A stretch of 63,820 nucleotides of DNA, filler included, from Platydemus manokwari (GCA_037951405.1; 5 parts of 5 records of this genome joined end to end with filler, not necessarily neighbours in it), one strand, 5' to 3'. Positions 1 to 14,779 are shown, counted from the first letter of the whole stretch. Numbers and translations are program-made. The notes: generated by a model not told the origin, from the letters alone.

Positions 1-2122
1 AATGTTGACTGATTTTGATAGCTTATGAATAGAGCTTCAAAATGACGTGTATGTTAATGATTTGCTACAGCACACACCCAAGTGTTTACATCTGGTGTCA
101 AATTCCGGTTATTAAGTTATAGACCCACTATTATAAAAAATTTGTCCTTATAAAATTGTTAGAGGTAAAAAATTTCAAAACGGTTGATAAGAGTGATATA
201 AAAAGAAAAATGGTATTGTTAAGAACATAATATGAGTAAGCGGGAACTCTACTCAAATAGTGAAAAGATAGACAGTGTACCTGAAAATAAGAAAATACCC
301 ATTATTGTGAACTCTTATGAAAAATGGTAGATTAAAAGGCGAGATAGAATCTGTGAGATATCTAATAACTTCAAGAGAATATTGGTTAGCAAAGAAAGAG
401 ATACGTGGTTCCAGGAGTTCAGTACGGGAAAAGGCTGGAAAGAATTAAAGAAAAATAGAAAAAAAAAGCTGGATAGTGAATTTGAACAGTTCGTTGGAAA
501 CATCCTATTTTAAAACCCAATCTTAAAACAATACAGCCCAATCTAATAATATCATTTGATCATTTGAAATTGACGATATTTATTTATGACTTTGATTTTG
601 CAAACATTTTTTTTTGAACATTTATTTTTAAACATCAATGATTTATGATTTTGCCATTAAATAATTCATGATAATATTGTAAATGAATTATGATTCTATG
701 AACATTTGAAGTTCATAATTCTGATAATGATTTTGTAAAAAGATTGTATAAATGTATATCAAATTTATATTATTATTTATAAAATTTAAATCGATCATTT
801 TTAAAGGTGATGAAATTTTCTGATAACGGTACAAAGTACCGAAATGATAGAGTTTTCTAAGTGGTCTTTGATTACAAAGTACCTGAAGTCAACTAATATA
901 AAAGTTGAAGTGAAAAGACAACAATTCACTCTTAAAAGTATCATAATATTCGAATTGTTTATTTTGAATCATAAAATTTGAACTTAACGTTTAAATAGTA
1001 GCAGACAGAATGATTATTAAGAATTTAAGCTCTTGATTTTTACAAAACATCTTGAACATCCAAAATCAAACAGAAGGGTAAAAGATGGATAAAAACGAGG
1101 AAATGTGAAAAAATGATGATTTTTAGCCGAAGAGAGGTGTGATTGTAATTAGTCATTTATACATTATCTTTATTATTATCTTATTTTGGTGGGTTTGTAC
1201 CCAACGATACTGTGATAACAAATTTTGTTTAGCAATTTATTTATCAAAATTTAACTTACTATTTAACTTACCTTTATATTTACACTCATCATACTTTTGC
1301 GAATTTTAGGTTCATGACGGGATTTATTTAATAATCAAAGTTCTTATTTAAATTACAATTATAAATATATACATAATAGAAATTGAATTTAAAAAACATA
1401 ACATTAAAACCAGAATAATCCCCTAATATTATATGGTTTATCTATTTCTCGTTAATATTAACATTCCCCTGACGATTTTGAATATTATATTGATTGGAAC
1501 GAGTTTTAAATTTTAAATAACAAAGGATTTTTAAATTTTCGTAATAATTATCTTAGATTAATATGAACTTCAACAAAATTTTTACCTGCCTTTTATCAAT
1601 GACGCTTGGTTCTGATTTTTAAATTTGTCAATTTTAATTTCTTAAATACTTATCATGTATGCCGATCGTAATTACAAAAAATGTTGACTTATTCAGAAAC
1701 TAAGTTATCTAGATGAATAATTTAAATTAAAAAAAGTTAATTAGTAATAAAAATGACAAATAAATATTTAATTATAAACTGTTTTAAAATGATTAAGCAT
1801 AATAAATTTTTTAAAATTTATAATTAATATAAAAATGTTATTTAATTATAAATTTCAATTAATTTAATCAAGAAAATTTTAATTAATTAAAAAACAAAAA
1901 ACTTATTTAAATATAATTCTTTAAAAAAAATATTATAAATATTATAATTTCAATAACTCATTTTTGATATTTAGACATGTGTTTAAATTATCCTATAAAC
2001 AGTTTCGTTTACAAGTAGTACGTTGTGACCTTCGTTAAACTGTAATTAATATTTATTTCTAGACAAATTTGGAGTAGGTTAGGTTTGGTTTTTCAAAGTG
2101 AACGTTAAAGAAAGTAGTAAAG

Positions 2123-2954
2123 ATGCAAGAGACTGGCAAGGCTAAACAACAAAGTAGTTACTATTTCATATTATTTTTGTCTCATAATTTATTTATGTAG
2201 ATAATCAATCTGCAGAGCAGGAATTGACATCTAAAACATTATTGATTCAAAACAAGCGTTTTTATCTTGATGTCAAGCAAAATTTACGAGGAAAATTTAT
2301 CAAAATCGCTGAGGTACTGTTTTTTAATCAACTATACATCTTACTAATATGTAGGTTGGTATAGGTGGTAGAAAGTCGAGAATATTGATGTCAATATCAA
2401 CAGCAGCTGAATTTCGCGATAAGCTGAATACTTTGAGTAACTTGTATAATGGTTTACAACCACATAATCCTGATAATTTGGTTCCCGATGGAAAATTACA
2501 ATCCGATACAATTGTAAAGGATACAAGAAGATATTATCTTGATTTAAAAGAAAATAGCAGAGGACGATTTCTGCGAGTTACGTTAATGACGCCATCAAGT
2601 CGTTCGCACATTGCCATTCCAGCTCAAGGAATTATTGAATTAAGAAATGTATTGACAGAATTAATTAAGGAATACGGTGCAGAAGATAACGCCAATGAAG
2701 ACGTTGAACTTCCTGAACCAAAATCAATACGAATTGACAACAAAATGTTCTATTTCGACGTTGGATGCAATCGTAGAGGAGTCTTTTTGCGAGTGTCAGA
2801 AGTAAGAGCAAATTATCGAACTGCTATCACTATGCCTGAAAAGTCGTGGGCAAGTTTCAAAGAAATTATTAATGAAATATCAGCACAAATGTCAAAAGCC
2901 AATGGTGTAGTAAAAACTGAGCCTGAAAAAGCAGCTCAAGGAGATGGTGAATAA
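2123..2954 (+). CDS. PURA: Pur-alpha family ssDNA/RNA-binding transcriptional activator (3 coding exons)
   Basis: Exons 2123-2153, 2201-2313, 2355-2954 joined by 47- and 41-bp GT-AG introns. Translation gives three PUR repeats: [75 protein letters not shown]. Confidence 0.96.
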
Positions 2955-5900
2955 GTTTTGTTGAGTGTGGTTTTCTATGTATTTATGAATTTTGCTAAAT
3001 TTCATCTATCGTGTTTACCAATATAATACTGTATAATTATGCATGGCGAAGTTCATCGTTAAATGTTATCCTGTTATTCTGTTAATTAAAATATATTTCT
3101 TAGTAAGTATATTTCAATTGTAGGATTTTAAAAAGCAATAATTATACATAAAAATTACAAAAAAATTGGTAATTCCAACAATTAAACTTATTCAAGATCA
3201 CGGAAAATTAAAAATGAATAGTTTTTTAAACATCGAAACAAAAGCTGAGATTTCTGACAATCTTCGTTCCGAAACTTCAGGAAATTTTCTTTTAATATCT
3301 GTAATCAAATGCTTATAATTTAATGTTAGATTTACTTAAACAGAAGCACCTAGAGTTAAATAATTATCTTAGCGATATTCAATTTAACAATGCGTCTCAA
3401 TTACTAATTACTAATGTGCATTTGGTTTGAACTTTAACTATATCCAGGTTATAACGAAAGAATATGGCATTTAATATATCTGGCTACCTAAACAGAAGTT
3501 AAAATACGCTAAATTTAGAACAAATTATACAAATGAAACAGATTTCTTAGCGCGAATAAATTAGTTGTAAATATGTAAAGAAAATAAAGACGTTTGTTAT
3601 TATTGGCTCAAATTACATGCTTAGTCAATTCTTGTCAACTTTCACTGAGAATAAATTAAATTTAATGAACGCAAAATTTTCTACTTTGCATATGAAAATG
3701 CCTTTAAAAAGTCATCGGTTTCCAAACGTTCCAGAGAGTATTTGGATATCTCGAAGATAATTTCAAATAAATTATGGGACCATTCTCAAAATATTTCATT
3801 CTTGGAATACTATAGTAAAATTTTTCTATTTTAACATCTTGTTTGAAAAATATTTAATCAATAAATCAATAAGCACACTTTCTAAAAACGCTAACAGTGC
3901 ACAACAAATATATGCATGATTCACACTTATTTCAATCATACGTGATAGTGTTGAATTGTATTCAAAAAAGGTTAATATCGAAACATTGTTATTTGTTAAA
4001 GAATCACTTAAAATCGCAACTTGTATTGATTATGTGCTCATATAATAACCATGGCAAATCACGTGACCTGGTAAACTATTGGAAGTTGTTATAGATCAAA
4101 ATAGTTGAGTCGATACTTACTAACTCAATTAAAATGTAAATATGGATTTTTTATGTGTATATTTCTAATAATACTTTCATAAGACTTGTGTAAGAAATGT
4201 TAATAATGGCTATTAATAGAACATTCAGGTAGAGTTGTTGAATTCATGGTTTTTAAAAATTGTTAATGTTAACATTATTTTGGTCTTGTGATTTGTAAGT
4301 GAATCTGGATAGGTCAAAATTATAAAGATTAAAATAAAATATCGCCTATTAAAAGTACAATGTAAGTGATTGTACTGTTAGTTTTATTTCATTCGTTATC
4401 TAATATTTTATGATCTTGAAATTTAGTTGATCTGATAAACTTGTTTTTGGTTCTGGTCTTTGATATTGAAGATGAATATTCATTGGAAAAGAATGATAAT
4501 TTTTTGCTTCATACTCAGTTTTCAAGGCTAAATTTTCTTCTATTTTTGAACTATCACGTTTTTTTATTCCACTCAAAATTATGACAAGCACAAACATATG
4601 CCATTCTTTGTATGCAATGCAGCAAGTAGAATGTTTAATTATATGATATTTAGTTAAGAGCTTCAATTCAAATATTGAAATAAAATATCCATAAGTGTCA
4701 GTGACTATTTATAAACAGATTTAACAATGATTTATAAAATAATAAATTTGTCTCTCAAATAATACAGATTTTTTTGCCAATTAGGTTTTTGAATATTTTG
4801 TCTGTTTCGTTGAATATAAATCGATATTTGAGTTAGAAAGACTAAGATTTGCTAGTTTCTCGAAAAATTATTAATCTAAATAGAAAATAAACCTGTTTTA
4901 TCAGTTCTTTAGCAACTTTAACTTAGCTAACATGTGTTCAGAATTTATTTAATTTCAGGTTGTAGACATTGGCTCTGAACTTATTTGAGTTGATGACAGA
5001 TCTAATATCTTTCATTCGTACATTTATAATGTGGATCCTATCACACTTTCGCTAAAATATTGAAAGATCAAAATCAAAAATGATAATCAGAAAAACACAG
5101 GTACATCAGAGTTAACGGATATTAGATCCTTCGTAATATTTGGTAATTGTGTATAGGAATCTTTTTACAATAAACTGTTGATAAAATTTATGAAATATTA
5201 TTTATGGATTAGGATTTTATTTAACTACTAATGTTTATCGAGGACTTCATATAGACTTAGACATATAAGTTAAGTAGATTGGTGTAACGAGATGTAAAAT
5301 CCTGTTGAAGCAAGTTGTATCGCTATCACAACTAAACCAAAATGAAGTTAAGATGATTTTGTTATAACTGCTATCTCCTAAACGTCCGTGGATAATCAAT
5401 CAGGTCAATGCAATTGTGTTAAGGTTTCTCAGAAACTATTTGAAATTTAATGAGTAGTTACAATTTACATGTCGTAGTGATGTGTTCGATTATTATGAAA
5501 ATCGAATAATATTATGATTTGATTTCAAAGTTCTAAAGTTTTCCTAATCTATCTAAGTAAAGCCTCCACTATAATTTCCCAAAAAATATAAAACTCAATA
5601 AATGAACACAATAGGTAAGCATAAAAATAATTATAATTGATAGCAATATTAGTAAAGGTGACTATTTGGTTATCAAATGTAAAGAAGCTCATCCCACAAG
5701 GAGTTACCCATCAGTCGACTAATCTACTGTGTTCGTACTCAACTTTTTTAAACAAGCGAGGTGAGGAGTTTGATTTATTTGTACGAAAAGTTTAACAGAA
5801 TTTCACAAAGTCTTATGCACAGCCTTGAGCACATTTGAAAATATTAAAATTACTTGCTTGCATATCGTGGAAAATTTAAATAAAATCTTCTTGAAAAATA

Positions 5901-7199
5901 TCTGGTTGATAATTATTAATTGCAAAGGGTTTCTTTGACTATGCGCCAAAATAAATGTGAGTTTCACACTGGTTTAACAAATAAATTTAAACTCAAAAAT
6001 TGTTCAATTCAAATGCCTGAAAGTTTATGCTTGATCATAAGTTAAAAAATGGTTGATTATAAAGTTTTTTAGTACTTTATAAGTTGGCCTTCTTTGTTGG
6101 CTTTGTGTTATTTTTGTTTTGTTGTTGTGGGCTTTGTTGATCAAGCTTTTGTATTAATGTTGCAGAGATTGTTAGCAAAGGCATAACTGTTATCTGCACA
6201 AAGCTCTTATGTTCTAAACTTATTATTTTTTTTGTTTTTTGTTCGTTGCACTGCCTTCGTTTGAGCATGTTTCTAGATCATCCAAAGTATGTGCTTTAAA
6301 AGTTTGTTTCTCTTTTTTTACAAAATTTTTTCATTATTTAATTTTAATTTTATTAAATTATTTTTTATTGTATTAATTTTATACTCGTATCTCACAATTG
6401 TGAAAAAATTATTTTCAAACGAAACTTCAAACAGCACAACGAGAACACCAGAATTGCCAAATATGCGTGCCACACTGTGCAGGTAGGTAGAATTAAAGTA
6501 TCCACATTAGGTATAGTGGGGGATTTCCCAAATAGAAGAGTTCAAACAGTAAATACAAATTTAATTGCCAAATGATGAATTACGATAATTCAAAATTGAT
6601 TTACAATAATTTAAATTAGTTTATAGTTCATAAGAATTATCGTGAAAATCAAGATTATTTTATAGTGCAATGAATTTTTATGTTCACAATATAAAGATTG
6701 TAAACTTTCGAGTGCACTAAAATTATTTAAAATGAATTATTTAAAATTTGATGAGTTTAAAATCATCCTGGCAATTATAAATATAAATTTGATACTCGTA
6801 CTGATAAATGGTCAAAAATTAAATAGTCTGCTCGATAAGAAATCCGTGTCCGTGAAAGATGGTTCCAAAAATTACAATCAGTTTTATTCTGATTTTTTGC
6901 ATGGTTTCATTTGATAGCCTTCAGGTCGAATTATACAAAATTATGCATGGTATTTGATCACATTATATTGATTATTTAATTAGCATTTGATTTTCTTCTT
7001 TATTTTCCATTGTTACTATTGTTGGGGTTATAAGTTGTAGTAATGGATGTGAGTAATATAATAGTTTTATCTCAACGTATGCGTGTTCCATTATTTCAGC
7101 AATACTATATATATATATATATATATACTACGACACCTGACTCCAAGGGTGCAGTGTATAACTACAACAAAGAATAATAACCAAGTTGATTTATAAAAT

Positions 7200-7530
7200 A
7201 TGTTATAAGTAAATTAATAATGTGAGACAATATTATACAATTGAATAATATGACACATAACCAGGCAATCGATGGGGAGGTTCGGGCTTAATTATTGAAT
7301 TTTACAGACTCTATGTAGATAGAGTCTTGATAATTTTTCTGGTTTTTTATGGGTAATCCTGTAAGAACCCTTAGCTAAATGTAATTGGATGTTAGGCCTA
7401 CTTGGCACCGTAACCCCGTGGACCAAATTTGTGATAAATTTATTTGTTTAAAGAAAGTTATTTCTAGTTGAACTGGGTTCAATCTAGAATTTTTATGTTT
7501 CGGCTGCTAAATGATTATTTGATTAAAATT
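7200..7530 (-). mobile_element. Decayed Penelope-like RT/thumb fragment, related to copy at about 46900-47160
   Basis: Shares blocks with 46900-47160 (ttatgggtaatcctgtaagaaccct vs ttatggttatacccgtaagagcccct; agttgaactgggttcaatct vs agttgaactgaattcagtct). Minus-strand translation with stops gives ILD..IYHK..HP..GF, resembling the PLE thumb region. Confidence 0.45.
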
Positions 7531-8716
7531 ATTTTCCGATGATACTACAATAAAATAATAAATAAAATTCTTCCAGAACAACAAGATCTGTTGTTGGATT
7601 TTCAACTGTTAATAAATCGTTAATAAAATCAAATATGAGTCACTATGTTGTCGAGAGATAGTTAAAAAGAATTCAAATTTATGATATTCTAACAAATATG
7701 AATGCACGTATAATAATTCAAATTTACGATAATTCTACAGATATTAAACAATGAACAGTTTCTGATGGGTAAATAAATAAATAGTTTGCAGATCAATCTT
7801 GTGGCTGAAATGTTCCTTCTAGATTTGGATGATCGAAATAAGGAAAAATCCGTAGTCCGTGTGAATAACTGCTTCACAATACGCAAAGGTTTTCGAATTT
7901 CCGATAATTATTTTTCTCTCGTCTGTAACCTCTTCTGATCGTTTTTATATTTTTCTTTTCGCTTCCAAGGTTGATTAGGCCGATGTGGTCTTGTTTCAGA
8001 CAGTTGATATTGTTTAATCGAATGAGAATAAATTGACTTGACAATGCGAATGAATTGGTGTGTTTGAGAATAATTTACCGTGAGAATATATTAACTCGTA
8101 ATAAATTAACTCATTATCAGGTGGTTATGTGTCCTTTTAATTTTTGATTTTGACCTTTTATATTAAATTAATTTCTTTTCTTTTTCTTTTAAGTTTTTAT
8201 TATTACTATTTTTGTTTTTAATTTCTTCTCTTACTATTTTTATCTTATAAAATTTTTTAATTTCGACTCTCTTCATTTTGTGTTTCTGTTTTTGGATTTA
8301 TTTATGTATTTATTTTGAATTTATTATTAACTATTTTAATTGTTTCTAATTTTGGGTTTATTTACAGAAAATTCTGGATAATTAATTCTAATATTGATTT
8401 TGAATTCTAATAATAAATAATAATAATAATAAATCCACATTAAGCAAATAAACCCACATTAATTAAAATGTAGGTGTGTGAGCGAAATTATGTTAATATT
8501 AACAATAATTTTTTGAAAAATGATTATTATTCCACGTTGCCATTGCATTTATAAGGTAAGTCATAGAAATTCAAATTTAAATTCCAATTACCATGACAAC
8601 GGTGGATATTGCCAAGATAATTAACAAATTAAATATAAAATTAATCAATCGCCCACATCCCAAATCACTATAGATACTGAAGTAAAATTCAGTATTTTTG
8701 CCACAACTAAACTGAA

Positions 8717-8795
8717 TCAAGCTCCAGTGCTATATTCAAGCTTTAGTGCTATATTCAAGCTTCAGCGCTATATTCAAGCTCCAGTGCTATATTCA
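8717..8795. repeat. 19-bp minisatellite, 4 copies (TCAAGCTYYAGYGCTATAT)
   Basis: Units start at 8717, 8736, 8755 and 8774. Confidence 0.95.
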
Positions 8796-9639
8796 TAACT
8801 TCAATACTACACTGAGTATCAGCTCGATTCATAGCGAACTATATATCTCAAGGGAACCAAATATTTCAATTTTCTCTATTCAAAACATTTATGCCAAAAT
8901 TGCAATAGTAAATTTACCATGTTTCATAGGCAATCTGATAACATTCTCTGAGAGGAGATTTGTTGTCAGCGAGTACCAAACCTCGCAAAGTCGTAACTAA
9001 ATTTGTGTGTTAAAAAATAATATTGTACCATTTTGTTCTTAATTTAAAATAAAATTTAGGGATTAATAGTTGTTCTACTTCCATTGAAGCTTATTATCAT
9101 TATTATTATCATTAATTTTTTCTCTAAATACTATTATTGAAATAACGTTTATAAAAATTTAAAATCAACTGTAAAATGCTTTACGGAACATTGATATATG
9201 AGTAATTCTTAACATTTCCTTGAGTCTTCAATAGTAAAATTAATATTTCAAACAAAAACGTTCAACACTTTGTGTATTATTAAGCAATTTCTATAAATCA
9301 ATAATTCCTAAATAAACCTATATGAATAATCGATATTCCTTTGGAACACGTAAAATATTCCAACATCTACTTCATATGAACTTAAATTTAGGACTTTTTA
9401 TTCTTCATTGAAATTTATCATCATACATGTTAGGTGCGACTATTTTAAAAATCACAAATTAAAAAAAACTGAAATTTAAAAATTTAAATCAAAATATTTA
9501 AACAAATAAATTTAATTTTAAATAAGTAATATTTTATATAAAATTAGAATTAAATTTGAATCTTACAAAGTATCTTACAATGTAAATTATCGAAGATTCT
9601 TTGTTGTAAGGAATAATCTATTTAACGGTCTCTTACAAG

Positions 9640-10060
9640 TCATTGAAGAATGTGTGGATGAATGAACATTTATTTAAAAATTGGTTTTTTAAGACATTTG
9701 TCGTATCTGTACAGGAATTGTTTGAAACATTAGGAAAGAGCAACCAAAAGTGTCTACTCCTCTTAGATAACTGTAAAGAACATCATCACAAATTTAAATT
9801 AGTGCCATCTGTCACCTACCGCCAAACGTGACCATTTTGATACAACTAATGGATCAAATGGTTATTTTTAAATATTAAATCTTTTTACAAAGAAAATTTC
9901 ATGCTATAGATGATGAATAATGATATTGGCCAAACAGAATCTCGACGCATGTTTCCCATTAAATATGCACTTTATTCTCTAGAAAGCACATGGAACTCCG
10001 TACAAGTCAGCACACTAAGACAAGCATGGAATAAATTGTACTCATATCCATCAGAAAAAT
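9640..10060 (+). mobile_element. pogo/Tigger (DDE_1) transposase remnant
   Basis: KNVWMNEHLFKNWFFKTFV..KCLLLLDNCKEH, then after frameshifts LPPNVTILIQLMDQMVI and STWNSVQVSTLRQAWNKL, typical Tigger/Jerky DDE_1 motifs. Confidence 0.9.
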
Positions 10061-11233
10061 AGTAATAAACCGAAAAATGTTGAAGTTAACTCAATAGCTC
10101 AGCAAATCATTAACAGTAGCCAGCTCCCAAAAATTGCTCATTTATGAATACGCTTGAAATGAATGTCTTTGAAGCACGAATAAATTATGATGAAATAATT
10201 GAAACAGAAACTATTGATCAGTGAAATAAATAAATTAGAGGATTCACCCTTACAAGCCACAAGGGTTCAATCCAACCTTTAGACCAATATCAAATGACTC
10301 GTTGATGAAGGACACTCGCAGAAGAAAATAAGGAAATGGCAGAACTGCCAAAATAATCAAAAAATCTGGTGGAACAATTAATAAATCAAATTCCGGAAAA
10401 TCCTAAAGAACCGAATGTTAGCCCCAAGGAAATCGAATTAGAAAGTAAGGTTGTGTGGGACAATTGTGCACTCAAATGTCATGATCAAATTACCACTTAC
10501 TGGCGAAAACATTGTACCAAATATCAAATGTATGCCAGCGGAAAAAATTTCAAATAAAAGAAAATGAGAAGAAAATACGTATCCAAAAATGAAAGGAAGA
10601 TAAGCGTCAAAAAGCAACTAATTTATGAAAAGATTATGAAGATCGAAGAAAGACAGGGGCAGCAGCAGAGAAAAACAACAAAGAAAATAGCCTTCAACAG
10701 ATAAAAGCCTAAGTAATAAAATGAAAAAAATGAAAAGACCAACATCAAGCACAAGGCATATAAATATAAATGCGAGGCGCATTATAATCAGCCCACGACA
10801 TATGTTACAAGACCGGATCAACTCAATCTCCAATAATTCAACAACCACCAATGTCCTCAGAGGGATCATCTTAATCTCTGTCTTCAGCCTACCTGAAGAT
10901 AAGAAACAAATCCCAACAATCTCAATCTTCTTATCAAAGCCTACAGTAACCCAAATGGAAAGTGGACATTAAAGAATACAATGAATTTTTGATTTAACTC
11001 TTTGATTTAACTCTTGATTTTACTTTTAGCATGAATATGATTTATTTGTAAATACTTTGTAAATACTTTTATGTGTAAAAAAGCGTGTAAAAATTTTTGT
11101 ATGGTTCAAAACATAAAAATTTATTAATTCTCAAAAATTATATTATTTATAAAATTATTTTACTTTTTGGAAAAAATTGACGAAGTAAAAATAAAGATTT
11201 GAAATAAATGAAAAATAATAATTATTTTTATTA

Positions 11234-11480
11234 TGCGGGTAACCCTCGTATAACGCGGTACTTGTACAACCCGGTTAGGGGTAAAAATAATAAAATTTTG
11301 CGAATTTTTTAAAAAAAGTCTCGTATAACGCGGTTTTTTTAAATTGAAAAAATTAAGTTATTAATTTAAAAGGAGAAGGATTTTCTGATATAAATATGCA
11401 GGGTGTGGAAGAAATTGTTGAAGATTGTGATTTAAAAGATGAAGAGCTTATAGATTATACTAATTCCTTTTTTTCTGTCG
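11234..11480 (+). mobile_element. Internally deleted Tigger-like element: terminal/subterminal motif plus transposase C-terminus
   Basis: CTCGTATAACGCGGT occurs twice (about 11245 and 11320), followed by EGFSDINMQGVEEIVEDCDLKDEELID, resembling the Tigger C-terminal acidic block. Runs into a gap. Confidence 0.6.
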
Positions 11481-11580
11481 NNNNNNNNNNNNNNNNNNNN
11501 NNNNNNNNNNNNNNNNNNNNNNNNTTAATTAATTAANNNNNNNNNNNNNNNNNNNNNNNNNNNNNNNNNNNNNNNNNNNN
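11481..11580. other. Assembly gap with six-frame-stop linker
   Basis: 100 bp of N with embedded TTAATTAATTAA. Confidence 0.98.
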
Positions 11581-12154
11581 ATTTATATTTTTGAGATGTT
11601 TGTACAATTTTATATTTTATATACTAGGTGGGTTAAATGGGGATTTTGTGCTGATGTATTTTTATATACTAGGTGGGTTAAATGGGGATTTTGTGCTGAT
11701 GTGCTAGGTGGGGATCCCAACATTTAGAAGTTAAGAATGGACAGGCATATCCCTAATAAATGGCAGCAAACTGAAAAATCCGCCAATAACATAGGAGATA
11801 CGAGGAAAATTTCAAGCAGACTCATCTACGAACAAATTCAGTAAATGGAAAACGAAAATCCGTGACATCCAGTAGACACGCTTAATGGGTCTATAAAAGA
11901 CGTTGAGTTCCGTGAGAAACGGCCAATCTTGTTTGATCGGTAACTTCAGTGCTTAGTTTATCTTTGTGTGATTTTCAGCAACTAGTCTTTTTGGTTGGTT
12001 TCTAGTTTGTCTTTGACCTTTGGGTGATGATCTCATCTTGTGTGATAGACTATCATTGATAGAAAATGAGGTTTAACTGTAGTTATTGTGATTTAACTTG
12101 TAATATTTTAGTTAATATAATTTTCAGATTTAATTGTTGATTATCACCTCAACA
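11581..12154 (+). mobile_element. Possible LTR/solo LTR
   Basis: Less AT-rich segment with TATAAAAG (about 11892), a GT-rich downstream region and a ...TCAACA end. No paired LTR visible. Confidence 0.3.
11614..11703. repeat. About 45-bp tandem duplication next to the gap
   Basis: ttttatatactaggtgggttaaatggggattttgtgctgatgt occurs twice, with a partial third copy (ctaggtggg). Confidence 0.85.
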
Positions 12155-13134
12155 GTAGTCTCGTTGGCGAATTTGCTGAAGTTGCTAATAGAGCTAGAAA
12201 ACGTCTGAATAATCAGACTATTTTATTAAATAAAAGTCATTATCAGGATATAAAAATGCCTTGTTATCTAATTTAACAATTACAAGACAAAGTGTCTTGG
12301 AGTTTTGTTTCTTATGCAAAAAAGGATATTCGTAACATCGTGTTAGTTATAGAACATACTGCATTTATTGATAAGATAGAAACTTCTGAATTCAATATTG
12401 TTAAATATGCCCAATTTCTAGTCTCAATAAGACATAACATAGGACATAATAATTTTTCTAAATGGAATGAAACATCCAAATTTAAAATGAAGCAAAGCCA
12501 ATTCAGGTCATATAAAACCTGAAGTACAAATATCAGCCTGACAGAAAAATCCATAATTGTCTCGATTATCTCGACTATCTGAAACTCTTGTTGCTCTAAT
12601 AATTATGATTGTGGAAACGGTTATCAAAACAATTCAATAAGCACCCAGTGCTTACATATCGATCTAAACTTGCTCGATTATAATAAAAACAATTAACAAT
12701 CACAAGCCTTTGTAGCGCTTGAATCAGTTTAAAAGGATTAACTAAAGTTGAAAAGAGAGATAGAAGTGCCCTTCCAAGAATCCAAATGGTTTCACTATAT
12801 TCTTTTTACATTTACGATGTTTCATTATATGCTTTTAAACAAAATTTCAATTCAATATAATTTTAATTGTGCACTCTCATTGCACTTAATTAAATTAATT
12901 AAAATAATCGGTTAAAATTAGCGACAATCAGTGATTACGGGTTTATGGTTGGAAAAACCACCTCCAAACTGCTCCTCAAACCAAGATCTTTGCGGATACT
13001 GCACAAGAGACTATTTACCTCTTAAAATAAAGACAATATTTTTATCTAGTAAATCTAGGTACTCGGTAATAATGGAAAGTAATAATTCTAAAATGATCAT
13101 CCTTGTTGTTTGTTGATGTTTATCATTATCAATA

Positions 13135-13404
13135 TTGTTTGTAACCGATAATTTATTCTTAGATAACATATTTCCATTTATTGATTTACAAATTAATTTG
13201 GAGTCAGATTCTATTAAAGTTATATTGAATTTTGAAATAGATATCTTTGATAAAGTAATGAACAATCAAAACATAACAGTATTAATTGACCAAGACCTAA
13301 TGATAATAATCACTAATGATTACCCAAGAAATAAAGTAAATCGAATATATAACATCTCACTTTTTCCAAGCCTGTTTCGAAAAGCTCGTCAAATCCGTAC
13401 ATAA
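13135..13404 (+). mobile_element. Penelope-like RT C-terminal remnant
   Basis: FPFIDLQI and NDYPRNKVNRI resemble the PLE motifs LPFLDxxI and NGYPxxxI. Confidence 0.5.
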
Positions 13405-14779
13405 TGTGAAATCAATAATATTTATAATTTTTTATTAAAAATGTTAGTTTAAAATGATTTAATAAATAGATATTTAACTCTACTATTTTGCTAGTTTTGA
13501 AAGCATTTTCAGTTTAGTCGTTATTATTTGTTTTATAAAATTAATAATTAACTTCTTTTTATAAAAAATTTCGAATGGTATGATTTTTACCAGGTTTGGA
13601 ATTTTTGGTGATAGGTCTGCACTTAACACATCTATCAACTAAAGAAGAATTTTTAGCATAGTTAGCACTTTCTGAAAAAAATAAAATTACTTTAAGAGAA
13701 ATCAGAATTATTCTCATAAATATTTTATACGAAAAATAGAAAGTCTATAATAATATATTATATTATTTAATAAGCTGAGAATAGAATATTCGTTAAACTT
13801 ATACTTTATAGTTTGGAGTTAAAATTGACAATATAATTTTCTCCAATCATGGCACCTTTCTCTAGAGCTCATAGTGAAACTTTCGATCAAGCTTCGATCT
13901 CATTCACAACTAAGCATTAATTGCATTCGAATTAATCATCATGACAAATGGCAAAAGTTAACGGAACTGATATGTGAACTATCCGAGACTGACTATAATT
14001 GTTCTTTACGATATAAAATAATCACATAATTCTTTTATAGATCTCGATACAATAGTTCAGATTTGAAAATCATAAAAAATCATACTTTAATAAATACTGT
14101 AAATAATGATGAGATTATAATTATATATATAAAATTAAAATATGAGTTATTAGATTAAATATTCTCCATTTAATTACATACTTTTTATCTATTTATTCTA
14201 TTTAACTTAATATTCATTTACTATAACTACATAAGATATTGTTGAGATAATATTAAATATATGAAAATATTGTTTTGTCGAGACTTATTATTATAATGCA
14301 GCCAAGTATGATGTTATTAATAAGTTTGTTTTGTAAATAAGAGTGACCTACCGGTTTTTAAATGACATAATACCACACAAAGTAAAAATAAGATCAACAA
14401 TCTTCGTCTCCAGAATTCTATTGTTAATTAAAATTATTATTTTTCAAAATGAATGTTTGAAAAATATAAACAATATACCTGAAGATTTTAGAAAAGCAAT
14501 AATTCTGTTTTGTATCACTGACAATTTGTACGTGATATCTGAGTTATAATAAACTTGTTTGATAAATAATTATTGGTGACGGATTTTTATATGATAATTA
14601 TTTCAATAATTTTAAATATAATTAACTACATAAAAATAAGAAATGTATATTAAAGCTGTTTAAACAGAAGATAAACTTAATGTAAAATAATCGTGCATTA
14701 TTTTGTACAAGTTAGGAAAATGGATAGAATGCAAAGTGAATTAATATTTAATCATCGTATTATGTAGTGTCCCAAATTA

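Noticed and set aside
3250-3290. Hammerhead-like CTGACAA...GAAAC (weaker cases near 17900, 44050 and 61770)
   Set aside because: Core deviates from CUGANGA and stems do not pair convincingly.
6077-6486. Short ORFs and a CACAGTGTG terminus-like motif
   Set aside because: No recognisable domain or matching second terminus; probably TE debris.
8717-8795. Repeat array as possible CRISPR
   Set aside because: Contiguous 19-bp units with no spacers, no cas genes, eukaryotic context.
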